Positions 25,042 through 44,350 of a DNA stretch of 64,000 bases are shown here, piece after piece (position 1 is the stretch's first letter; every line of letters starts with the position of its first letter). Under the pieces are notes generated by a model. The model worked only from the letters and a program-made list of their open reading frames with translations. It did no database searches and was not told where the DNA came from. Both the position numbers and the translations under genes were made by a program. Source of the DNA: Eledone cirrhosa (taxonomy: Eukaryota); assembly GCA_964016885.1 (NCBI GenBank), contig OZ024743.1, positions 94,798,001 through 94,862,000 on the forward strand. Direction: 5' to 3'.

Positions 25042-26439
25042 TATTAGACCGGTACTTTATTTATCGATCTCAAAAGGAGAAAGACAATGTTGACCTCGGT
25101 TGGATTTGAACTCATGGCACAGGGAGCCGGCGCAAACACCGCAAAATATTCTATCTGACATTCTAACGACTCTGCCAATTTGCAGCTTAAATTGTTATAT
25201 GCAATATGAGAATGACAAAAAGAAAAAAGAAAACACATGGAGGAGAAATGCAAAAGCAGGGGACCCTACACCCTTGACTGCACTTCACAGACAAGATGGC
25301 GAAGGCATTACTGTAGAGACGAGCCAACAATACTTGTTGCGTCAGCCATTTCTACCTCATGAGGTCAACTTTACATCCTTGATGGACAGTGTATATCAGC
25401 TACTGCATCTTACTGACAAAATGGTGAAAGCATTGTCGTGGAGAACAGACAACGATACTCAATACATTTATCCATTCCACCTCGTTGAGCTCCTTCCTCA
25501 AGCATAATGCCCTCCCTATTGGGAGGAGGAAAAATGACAATCTGTGGATCGAGGGAACCCAACGTCTCAACACATTATACTCAACTGTAACCTATGTAGT
25601 ATGAGAATTTAATCCTAAATTATAGGACTTCAAACATTATCTTGGGAATGACTTGAATAATAATGGGCTCAAACAGATGAATTACCCCAGATTTCCTGAC
25701 CACTAATATCGAAAGAATTGGAAACGCATGATGTGGTTGGAGTATTACACCTAAACCTTTGCTCATAAGATAGTGGGTTAAATTCCTCCATGGAACTACG
25801 CGTTGTTTTCTTGAATAAAATATGTTATTTTATGGTGCTCTTTTTACCAGGAGTTGTGCCTCACAGATAGTAATCAATAAAGGAAAAGACCAATGAAATA
25901 GTTGTTTCCTTGGTCCAATCTGATGACCAGATTCTATTCTATTTTTTCCCCTAAAGAAATTAAGGTGTTATATTTATCGATATTTCGGAGGAACCCATAA
26001 AAGGTGACCTCGGCACTATCAACTGATTTGAACAACGGTACTCTCACTTCATCTTATTAGGTAATCGAAGCTGGAATGGCTTAACTTGAAGGTCTGGTGA
26101 TAGGAGAGATGGGCAGATAGATTTAAATCCAACGAGAATCGAATTGGAATTTCATCGATCTTGGATCGATATTATAAAGTACCATGTGCGGGTCTCGAAC
26201 GCAACAGACTAAACTTGCGCTCAACGTGTGCTCCGCTGTCTGTGTTGAGAAATACAATATATATACATACAATATATATACATATACAATTGTTTCTATA
26301 TCGATCAGCTCAGGGTACATTTATAATCATGGGGCCTGACTCTTCTTCGACATCTCCTTAAATATGCGCGTTTTATACACACACACACATATATATATGC
26401 GTGTGTGTGTGTGTGTGTGTGTCTGTGTGTATGTGTGTG

Positions 26440-26558
<119 letters not shown>

Positions 26559-26559
26559 A

Positions 26560-27690
26560 TATCATCATGATCATCATTTTACGTTCGCTTTTCCCTGCTT
26601 GCAAGGATGAGACGGGTCCTCTTCAGCACAGAATCTCTCCATTCGTCATGGTTCCCAGTCATCTCTGTGAGCTTCAGCGATCTGAGGTCAGCTCTCACCA
26701 CCTCCGCCCATGTTTTTCGTGGTCTTCCTCTACTGCGACTTCCTTCCACCGGGATTTCTTGGTACTTCTCCACCCAGCCGTCACCCTCCATGCGCATTTG
26801 TCCCACGCACTACAGTTTATCCCTCTTATACTGTTTCACTCTCAACCCGTCTATGCTTGATCGTACGCGCACATTGACATTGTACATCCATTGGAGCATG
26901 CTTGCTTCATTTCTCTCCAGCCGTCGCATATCCTCCGCATTTGCTGCCCATGTTTCACTACCATGCAGCATCGCTCATCTCACACAGGCATCATATGATC
27001 GACCTTTCGTTCGTAGGGCGAAACACTTCGTTGTCAACAGAGGAGGCAGCTCTCTAAACTCCTTCCATCCTGTCCTTATTCTAGATATTATGACCTCGGA
27101 GCATCCTCCTCGCTTGCTAATATGATCACCTAGGTATCGGAAGCTATCAACTACCTCTATAGGTCCTACTTGCATTTGAAAAATATGCCTATCACTGACA
27201 CTTCTACTATCAATTTTCCCTGAACATCCACTACACATGAGGTTTTCCTTTCCTGTTAGTTTGCCTGCCATCCCACTACACCTATTGTGTATCCAAAATC
27301 TGCATTGTGTACATTCTATAGAGTTTATATCCAACTCCTTCTCTATATACAGTATATGGTCATTTCCCTGATGGAATCAGACTTTTGTCCTCTTTCCTAC
27401 TTATCAACACTTTAGTCTTTGCTAGGTTCACTCTCAGTCCTCTTGATTCCAACTGCTGTTTCCTTAGCCATAATTTATTCTCTAGCTCCTCTGCTGTTTC
27501 TGCTATACCAGATCGTCAGAATAGAGAAGTTCCCATGGGCAGCCAGTATTAAACTCCTCTGTTATGGCTTGGAGAACTAAAATGAATAAAAGTGGGCTGA
27601 GGACTGAACACTGATGTACTCCTACTTGTGTCTGGAATTCCTCACTAAACTCCATTCTTACTCTCACTTTACTAACAGCTCCTCTCTACA
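26560..27690 (-). mobile_element. RTE-clade LINE fragment with PHD-like Cys motif and short ATG-repeat tail
   Basis: LSPLLFI, WELLYSDDL, CTQCRFWIHNRCSG, SFRYLGD, GRPRKTWAEVV. Confidence 0.85.
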
Positions 27691-27940
27691 GAGCTTAAGG
27701 GAACAAAGAATCAGTGTTGCATCATATACATATTTATTTACATATTACATGTGTTACACTGTTGATCAGCTCGAGGAACGATCGATTAATGTTCGATCCT
27801 GACTCTGGAATCGTAAAGCTCCACAGATATGTTTTAACATGTAGACTGGCGTCAACACTGATTCTTTGTTCCCTTATATATTATTATTATTATTGATACT
27901 CTGCTCTCCACCATATATATATATATATAAATATAAATAA

Positions 27941-28034
<94 letters not shown>

Positions 28035-28036
<2 letters not shown>

Positions 28037-28566
28037 CGGAAAAAATGAAACGATATTTCATTTCCCACTCTTAGTACGACTGTTACTTAAATATAAGTAT
28101 ATACACGTACATACATACATGTATACAGACGTACAGTAGTTTGTATATATATATATACATACATGCACACATATATATATGCACGTATGGATTCACCGAA
28201 CATTTATTACAATGCTCTGTGTGTTTGTAAACAAGCATCCCGTATTAAGCCGTAGTGTCTAGCAACCACCGTTGCTCGTTTGTTCAACACTGACAAAGGA
28301 ACGCTGTACTAGTTTCAAGCTTGTTAGCTATCGTCAGCAACGTATACCTTCCTGCCAGATTGTTGAACGTATATACTTACATTATGCATATTAACGGCTG
28401 AGTAGCCCAATTTGCATATCGAGTGGGTTAATCAGCCGGGTGCACCGAAAACGATAAACGGAAAAAATGAAACGATATTTCATTTCTCACTCTTAGTACG
28501 GCTGTTACTAAAATATAAGTATGTACACGTACATACATAAATGTATACAGACGTACAGTAGTATGT

Positions 28567-28575
<9 letters not shown>
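28035..28575 (-). mobile_element. Retrozyme-like non-coding partial tandem repeat (422-bp period) flanked by (TA)n
   Basis: 28035-28140 repeats at 28457-28562. Contains an HHR (28301-28343) and an octamer (28410-28417). Same family as 54366-54990. Confidence 0.75.
28301..28343 (-). ncRNA. Minimal hammerhead ribozyme
   Basis: ACGUUG-CUGACGA-U-AGC(UAACAA)GCU-U-GAAA-CUAG-UA-CAGCGU, with a GUA cleavage triplet and palindromic stem III. Confidence 0.8.
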
Positions 28576-28606
<31 letters not shown>

Positions 28607-28612
<6 letters not shown>

Positions 28613-28775
28613 GTTTCTACTTTAGGCACAAGGCGAGCAAATACCCAGTACATTACTGGTACTTTATTTTTTCGACCCCGTAAGGATGAAAGGCAAACTT
28701 AACCTCGGTGGGATTTGAACTTAGACTGTAAAGGGACGTAACTATGCTAGAAAGCATGGCGTCCAACCCTCTATA
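28607..28775 (-). mobile_element. tRNA-derived SINE (5'-truncated)
   Basis: Family match. Confidence 0.8.
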
Positions 28776-29579
28776 ATGACGGATAGTCCTGGCTTCTTAC
28801 TCTATTTTTTAATTCATATGTATCACATCTGCAACAACGCATCACGCCATTTTCATCCCTATATGTTTTCCCTCCGCTGTGACCTGTCTCTTTCTCTTCC
28901 CTTACTGCTATCCTCTTTCTCTCTCCGCCTTCTCTCTCCTTCTACCTCTTACTTTCATTCACCCCCTCTGCTAGTCACCCTTTCTCGGCTAGCCTCTTCC
29001 TCACACTTCCACTCACTCACTCTCTGCTACTCACCCTCTCTCACTCCCACTCGTCTGACCTATGTGAAATTCTTTTCTCGCTCACATTTCGCATGGTTCG
29101 GATGCATCTTTCGGCTTTCTCGTCTATGATTCGCCAGATCTTATGTTCACTTGCATCACTGACTTGATTTTCCACCCTTTACGTTGCCTTACCATTCTTG
29201 GTTGTTTACATGTCTCTCTTTTTCCACCCAATTCTTTTTATCCCAATAACTTTATTTAGTTATTGCTCGCGCTGGCCTGAGGTATATGATCTTTAATGCG
29301 AAGAAATACCTATGATGGCCAGAAGATCACTGATGACGGATAGGCCTGGCTTCTTACTCTATTTTTTAATTCATATATATATATATATATTAGGTTATGC
29401 AAGATATGCTTAGGATTATCCTGAATGCAGTAATGGTTAATTACTGCACTAGATAGAATCGACGTACGGTGAGGGGTTATTCAACGAGTTATGAAAGAAC
29501 AGTTAAAGAAACTCGGTTTTCGATTCTTCCGATAAAGAATGATTAATAAAACAGGTAGACATCATAAAAAGGTAATTTA

Positions 29580-29784
29580 TTCCGAGTACTTACAAATGTT
29601 TCTTTAGTAGTTACACAGCCTAGTGATGCTGTGTGCAAATTGTAGTTATTTATTTGCAGGTACCCAATTTTCAAATGCTGTTCATCCTACCAAGTCTCAG
29701 AGCAAATGGCTAAATTGTAAATTCCCTGGTATTTCCTAAAGGGAGTTATTGGGGAAGATAGAGTAGAAAAGGAAGAGAGAAAGA

Positions 29785-29856
<72 letters not shown>

Positions 29857-30975
29857 TAGCGGTCGGGGAAATGGGAGAGAGTGGTTTGAAGAATACAGAT
29901 AGCTTAATCTAAATGTGATAGGGGTCCAACAAATGGTTTTATTATACTGCTTACTCTCAAAGTGACAACTTAGGCATTGTGTTGATATTGTCAAGTTTAG
30001 AATTATTTATTGCCACAGAGAGAAGGTTAGTAGATGTAGAGTAGGGGGGATATAGACAGAGGGCGAGAGAGAGAGAGAGAAAGGGAGGAGAGAAAGAGAA
30101 AGAGAGAGGGGGGACAGAAAAAAGCTAAGAGAAGGGGAAGGAAAGGCGATATACACCGAGTTGGTAGTTGCATTTTGCTGATCGCACTTAAGTATCCATT
30201 TATTACGATAAGCAAGCTACTGGCTTAGAGTGTGTGTGTGTGGGGTGGGGGGTTGGGGTGGGGTATAGTTGGGAAGTATTATTGAGTGAAATTAGTTAGC
30301 GAGAAAGTGGTGTAGTAGTCTCGGGTTCATATGTTAAGTTATTTTATAGTGAGAAAATTTAGCCTTCAGTTTGTGGTTGCAGTATAACGATCGTTCGATT
30401 CTGTCATTTAGTAAGTTGTTTTTAGATTTCAAGATATAAAAGAGTTCAAGGTTGCATAATCTGCAGTACTTTAATCCACTCCGATATGCACTAGCATTGG
30501 ATAATTTATCCCATTTTAAGGTGAACTGCCGGAGGTATTCACGGAGTTGTCAGGTCTTATTAACGAGTGTAGTTACATAACGGTGTTCAGGATGTTTAAT
30601 CGAAAATCAATGACGATACCAGCGTGATTTAAAGGAGATACTGGTAGACCCGATTAATACCATTTCTGGTCGTTTGATTCGACAGTGCGTTGGACTCTAG
30701 GCATTTATTCTTCAATGGGCATCTCTCGGGTAGGTGGCAATTGCAGTTTTTGTTATGGGTAACAGCTGTACCATGGATAGGTTGGGATAACAGTTCAGGT
30801 GGGTTGTGTAATACCCGTCTCCCATTTGGTGGAAGGGAGGTTGATATTACGTTATGCCCATCTGTTTCTAAAATATTTTGTTTTGTAGTTTTGTTTAATA
30901 ATCGCTTTAAGTTAAGTTTTTTTTTTATGTATGCTTCTAGGTTTGGTGCAGTGGAGTGTGATAGCTTAACAATCT
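29580..30975 (-). mobile_element. Decayed PLE 3' part (GIY-YIG + 3' UTR + degenerate HHR at ~29581-29668)
   Basis: Minus-strand NCNCHLPERCPLKNKCLESN and IGSTSISFKSRWYRH match the endonuclease of the 61-63 kb element. Confidence 0.7.
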
Positions 30976-30979
30976 TAGA

Positions 30980-31808
30980 GTGTCTTTTATATCGGTAATC
31001 TAATTTATTCGGTCCTTAATGTTGCCATTGACTGACCAACGGTCAAAAATAATACAGATACAATATAGACACAAACACATATATATAGTTTATCAAAGTT
31101 CTTTCGTTGCACATCTGCAACATCGTCAGTGGTGCTATTGTTTCCTCCCGTTGCATTGTATTTTCTAAACCCTCTTTATTTAGTCTGTTTATATATTTAT
31201 TTATTTGTTTATTTTATTTTGTCTTCTTTGCGCATGCGTTTGCGTGTGTGTATAGTGTTTCGTTTGATGTGTGTTCGTGATTGGGTGATTGTGTATTGGT
31301 TAATGTATTCTATCTTTACTAGTGTGTGTTTATATGTGTTTGTTGTTATTGTGCTTGTGTATGTATTAAACACACACTAGTAAAGATAGAATACATTAAC
31401 CAGTACACAGTCACCCAATCACGAACACACATCAAACAAAACACTATACACACACGCAAACGCATGCGCAAAGAAGACAAAATAAAATAAACAAATAAAT
31501 AAATATATAAACAGACTAAATAAAGATGGTTTAGAAAATACAATGCAACGGGAGGAAACAATAGCACCACTGACGATGTTGCAGATGTGCAACGAAAGAA
31601 CTTTGATAAACTATATATATGTGTTTGCGTCTGTATTGTATCTGTATTAATTTTGACCGTTGGTCAGTCAATGGCAACATTAAGGACCGAATAAATTAGA
31701 TTACCGATATAAAAGACACAGAAGCGAAAAGCGAAAACCAACCAAACAGTGAGTGTGTTCTGTTATTAATTCTGGCAATATTACACAAATATAACCCTCC
31801 CCAAGTAT

Positions 31809-31815
<7 letters not shown>
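30980..31815. mobile_element. Inverted pair of PLE pLTRs (arms 30980-31332 and 31367-31719), each with an HHR (31091-31134 minus; 31565-31608 plus)
   Basis: Near-perfect 353-bp inverted repeat. HHR reads CUGACGA-U-GUUGCA(GAUG)UGCAAC-GAAA-GAAC-UU. The right arm runs into a TLPKYNN ORF start. Confidence 0.85.
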
Positions 31816-31873
<58 letters not shown>

Positions 31874-32959
31874 TGCAATGACTGATGATATGCAATTACA
31901 ATAAATTTAGTCCATTAGATTATTATTCTTATATCGTTAAACAAAAGTGTATTATCTGCATATGGCATCTGATTTGCTTGAATATAACCATAAGCATTAG
32001 TACAAGAAAAGACTATTTATTTCTATATTACCATTCTTTAGGATGTTTTAGGATGGTAGATTTATAATCATGAAGTCGTGCTTTCACGTTTTGTTCTTGA
32101 GCAGGTTGCTTCATTTCCAATTGCTCAAGTCCGCTCAGCTGAAATATAAAAAAGAGTTGTATGCGTAATGACTGCAGATTAAATACTAGTCTGACGGGCA
32201 GGAATCACTCAAGTGTGGTTCTTATTGCCACAAGTGTGACCTTTTCTGTCTCATTGCTTTTGATTTTGCAGCCACGACGGTAGCTCTGGAATGATTATGT
32301 GGTTTTCAGAGCCTTATAATTTCATACTGATTCCTCTTGACACCTGGTCATCTCCTGTGACCTTTTCACACACATATATTGTGCTATAAAAGTCACAAGG
32401 AGTTAGGGGGTGTTAATACCACTGCAAATGCCCTCTAGTTGTCACTCTTTTATTTCGCTGGTTCAGGTATTGTGGTATGAACCTATGCGTATATCTGTGG
32501 AGGACTTGCTGCTTCCACTAATCCTCTTTGTTGAAAACCTGGCGGATGTTTTCATGTATTTTGATAGGATTGATGGAAACCAAATCCTTCCACACATCGT
32601 CTAGGACCTCCTGCAACTGTTCTTTTTAGGTAATGTGAAGCCTTTGAACGTTTAACAATACAGAGATATGTTACCCTCCTTTTTTGTTTTGGCTCTTGTA
32701 AGTGTTGCTCCGACATTTTAGATCATATCCGTTGCTAATATTTTTGGGAAAAGCACGAGTATGCCCCAATGACATTGTTTCTCACATTTTAAAATCTAAA
32801 ATCTTTTGTCTCCTCTGAAGAAGGAATAATTCGCCTCTATTTTATAGAAACCTTTGAATACAATAAACATTTATTTCTTCTCCAGGAAATGAATGAGCAA
32901 TTAAAACAGCTTTAATGTATTTTTTAAAATAAACAATAATAAATAGGGACGAATGATTA

Positions 32960-33148
32960 ATAATTGTTTCTACTTTAGGCACAAGGCCAGCAAATACCCA
33001 GTGCATTACTGGTACTTTATTTTATCGACCCCGTAAGGATGAAAGGCAAAATCAACCTCGGCGGGATTTGAACTCAGATCGTAAAGGGACGTAACTATGC
33101 TGGAAAGCATGGCGTCCGACCCTCTACCTATACTGCCAATCCACCACC
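32960..33148 (-). mobile_element. tRNA-derived SINE
   Basis: Family match, near full length. Confidence 0.85.
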
Positions 33149-33337
33149 CTTTACTGCCAATCCGGTAGTTTCTTATATACATTTAATGAACATATACATT
33201 TATATACATTTAAAGACACTGTGGAAACTATTGCGATAGTCAAGTATTACGTTGGATATTTGCAGTAGTGAGAATTACGATACAAATACAATCAAGGGCA
33301 TAAAAAACAAATATTGCCACATTTGTTTATATCTTTA

Positions 33338-40939
<7,602 letters not shown>

Positions 40940-41017
40940 ATAGATAGATGAATGGAGAGATAGATAGACAGATGGACTAACTGATAGCTAGAAAGACAGA
41001 TAGACAGACAAACAGAT

Positions 41018-41070
<53 letters not shown>

Positions 41071-41071
<1 letters not shown>

Positions 41072-41907
41072 TAGTAGCACGATCTGGCGTTGCACAGAGT
41101 AGGAAACGTGAAATAACAACACGCATATGCAAAGATTGAGGAATGTAGCTGCTGTGTACTTTTTGAATTCCCTTATTCTCAGGGAATGGTTGTTCATATA
41201 CTGGTAACGTAAAACACCAGCAGGCCCGAATCGTGAAACTTCTGCATGCATGTGAAAAATCTGAAGAAAATCATCTGGATACTCTCTAAGCGTTCTAAAT
41301 CTTAGAGTATGATTCTTCTTCCATTTGGAGAAAATCGGTTAGGTACTTTTCTAGTTTTATAGATTCGCACCCAGTCATCTGGACAGACACCATCAGTTAT
41401 GTCTATTGCACCTGCATGCATATTGTACAGAGTAATGTCTGCAATGCTTGAGTAAGACATGTCATGCAACCGCACAGCATGTTGGGCCTTCCCCACAGGA
41501 GACCATAGCCTCTTCGTAAATCTACCCAATCTGATATAGACCGAACTGTTATATCGGATGCCGAACGCTTCAGAGTTACTATTGGGTTCACCATCAACAG
41601 GGCGCCGACAAGCATTTTAAAGTCCTCCTCATTTCCTCAATCCCCCGAAAATGGTCCTGCAAATTTCGAGGAAATCAGCTGGATTATCTTTAAGTTACAC
41701 CTCAAAAAAGCTTAAAAATGCCTAAAAATGCAGGCCATAGGACAGAAAAAGTTAAAATTCTTTTAGCCCATTGCACTTCAAGAAATGTAAGTAACGCATG
41801 TGTAAAGTTTGAAAAAATCGGTCGGGTACTTCTCAAGTTTTAGGGATTTACACAGACAGACAGACATAGACAGACAGACGATATCCTCTGTTATATATAT
41901 ATAGAGA
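41071..41907 (-). mobile_element. Non-autonomous Helitron
   Basis: Minus-strand 5' TCTCTATATATATATAA + (GTCT)n. The 3' end has a degenerate hairpin (GTGCAACGCCAG) and a CTAG terminus followed by T. Confidence 0.75.
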
Positions 41908-42133
41908 TAATGAAGGAAGTGTGGTAAAGGAACCAGGTGGACCATAACGCACCAGAGTACTCGATACTTAGGGTAGTAGAGTGGGTAATAGAAAAACGGC
42001 CGGAGCTCAGCCGTCGGGGTCCTGACTCTTTTCCTAGGCGGCCGACCGAACTAGAAACTGCTAAATGTGTGGCCGCCTTCTTGTCTCTCTACCTTTTCAG
42101 CCCCATGGATTATATTCCTTTGTTAAATTTCGA

Positions 42134-42191
42134 ATACCTGATGATGTCACCGGATTCATACTGAACCCGGTCATTGAAATGTTCATAGTAT
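42134..42191 (+). ncRNA. Hammerhead ribozyme with extended stem II
   Basis: AUAC-CUGAUGA-[..ACCGG..UUCA(UAC)UGAA..CCGGU..]-GAAA-UG(UU)CA-UA-GUAT, followed by AATAAA. Confidence 0.65.
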
Positions 42192-42412
42192 AATAAACAT
42201 TTAAGGAATTACACCAGTCCAGCCTCCTGTTATTTTATAATAATTAACTCTGTACTCGCACCACCAACAGCACAAACGAAGACGGGTGAGTTGCATTACG
42301 TCGAGTGCTCTCCCTAATATTACATTGAGGTTGACCATACGGAATGACCAGTTCTATCCAGTGGTGAACCAACATACCTAAATGAATATATATATATATA
42401 TATATATGTGTG

Positions 42413-42727
42413 TTGTTATATTTGGGGAGGGTCATATTTGCGTAATATTGCCAGAATTAATAACAGAACACACTCACTGTTTGGTTGGTTTTCGCTTCTC
42501 GCTGTCTTTTATATATATATATCTGGCAACATTGAGGACCGAGTAAGTTAGATCGCAGATATATATATATAAAAGACAGCGAGAAGCGAAAACCAACCAA
42601 ATAGTGAGTGTGTTCTGTTATTAATTCTGGCAATATTACGCAAATATGACCCTCCCCAAATATAACAATATCTGTTTCGACACACGATTTCATATAAAAA
42701 ACCTCGCAAAACTAATTCATCGCCGCT
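42413..42727. mobile_element. Inverted PLE pLTR/5'-end fragments (arms ~42413-42525 and ~42556-42668)
   Basis: About 110-bp inverted repeat. The plus arm encodes MTLPKYNNICFDTRFHIKNLAKLIHRR, homologous to the 11122 ORF start. Confidence 0.8.
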
Positions 42728-42908
42728 ATATATATGTGTATATCTGTATATATATGTATATATATCTATGTGTATTTGTGTGTATATGTATACACATGTA
42801 TATTTGTGTATGTATGTATGTGTGTGAGTGTATTTATATGTGTATATATGTGTGTGTGTGTGTGTGTATATATATGTATGTGTGTGTGTATGTATATATA
42901 TGTGTGTG

Positions 42909-42957
<49 letters not shown>

Positions 42958-43546
42958 ATGTGTGTATGTATATGTATGTATATAGATATATTTATATTTA
43001 TATATATGTGTGTGCGTTTTTATGTGTGTATATGTGTATGTGTATGTGTGTTTATGGTTGCGCGTGAGTGTGTGAGTGAGTATGTTTTTTTGTGAATGTG
43101 TCTGTTGATTTTTGGCATATAGTTGATTAGTTTAAGAGAAGTTCGAAGATAATTGTAAGATATGCACTCAGTATTTTGAATCTGTCTACAGAATTCTCTA
43201 AACCTTTGTCACTTAGGAGAACCTTAATGATTTTAGCTTTTAAAGAATCTCCCTTTTCTTTAATTCTATCGACCATGACTGACCCCCCACTGATCTTATA
43301 GACATCTGTTAGCTTAAGAGAAACTTAATGACAAGGAATGGTATGCCATCCGGAACCTGTTTATAGAATTCTGTCTGCCCTTGTTACTCTAAAAACATAA
43401 ATAAATAAAAATAAACTATAGCTTTGTAGAATTAGCTTTTAATGAATTCCCTTTTCTATCAACCAATGACCTACACCCATCCCACTCCCCACCCTCTCCT
43501 ACCACTTGTAGAGACCTATAAATACCATTTTTATTTTTTGATACCC

Positions 43547-43597
43547 AGATTCCTGATGATTTCTAAAGAATGAAACAGTTCTAGTCCTGTAGAATCT
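43547..43597 (+). ncRNA. Type I hammerhead ribozyme with 4-bp stem III
   Basis: AGAUUC-CUGAUGA-U-UUC(UAAA)GAA-U-GAAA-CAG(UUCUAGUC)CUG-UA-GAAUCU, GUA site. TATAAAT lies about 25 nt upstream. Confidence 0.78.
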
Positions 43598-43599
43598 CA

Positions 43600-43655
<56 letters not shown>

Positions 43656-43759
43656 CGCTATCCTAGCTAACCCCGTTGAAATTCCAGTTTGATTAGAAAC
43701 AACCTCCCTCCAACTATTAAAGATCAATATCACATTTCAAATGTTTTATTTTTACGTTA

Positions 43760-44030
43760 TCTGTCTATATATATAAAAGCAAGTCGGTCTCTGTGTGTGT
43801 GTTTGTGTCTGTCTGTGTACAAATATTAGGCTCCTTTTAACTTTTGAAGTACTAGGCCGATTTCAACCAAATTTGGCACACATGTTATAGGCCAGAGCAG
43901 GTTTTGGACAAAACAAATTTGAAAAAAAAATCGATATTGGGGCCGAAAAATCGATTTTGTGTGTGTATCTGTCTGTGTACAAATACTAGGCTCCTTTTAA
44001 CTTTTGAAGTACTAGGCCGATTTGGCACGT
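43760..44030 (+). mobile_element. Helitron-like 5' fragment with internal direct duplication
   Basis: TCTATATATATAAAA start and GT-rich repeats. The block gtctgtgtacaaata...aggccgattt occurs twice. Confidence 0.6.
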
Positions 44031-44157
44031 GCTATTGAGGCGACCTCTCATTGGCTAGCAAATTAGCTGACATAAGCTGACATGCACTCAGAAATTGCTA
44101 GCTAAGTGAGAATCAAGTGAATGGAAACAATAATACCAATAATAAAAGATAATAACA

Positions 44158-44350
44158 ATAATTGTTTCTACTTTTGGCACAAGGCCAGCAATTATCCCAG
44201 TGTACTACTGGTACTTTATTTTATCGACCCCGTAAGGATGAAAGGCAAGGTTAACATCGGCGGGATTTGAACTCAGACCATAAAGGGCCGTAACTCTTTT
44301 CTGAAAAGCATCGCGTCCGACCCTCTACCGATACTGCCAATCCACCGCCC
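44158..44350 (-). mobile_element. tRNA-derived SINE
   Basis: Family match. Confidence 0.85.

Noticed and set aside
26130-26330. ATCGATC/GATCGAT hairpin + GAAA, and GAAACAATTGTA (minus strand)
   Set aside because: The CUGANGA core is missing or mispositioned, so it cannot be supported as a ribozyme.
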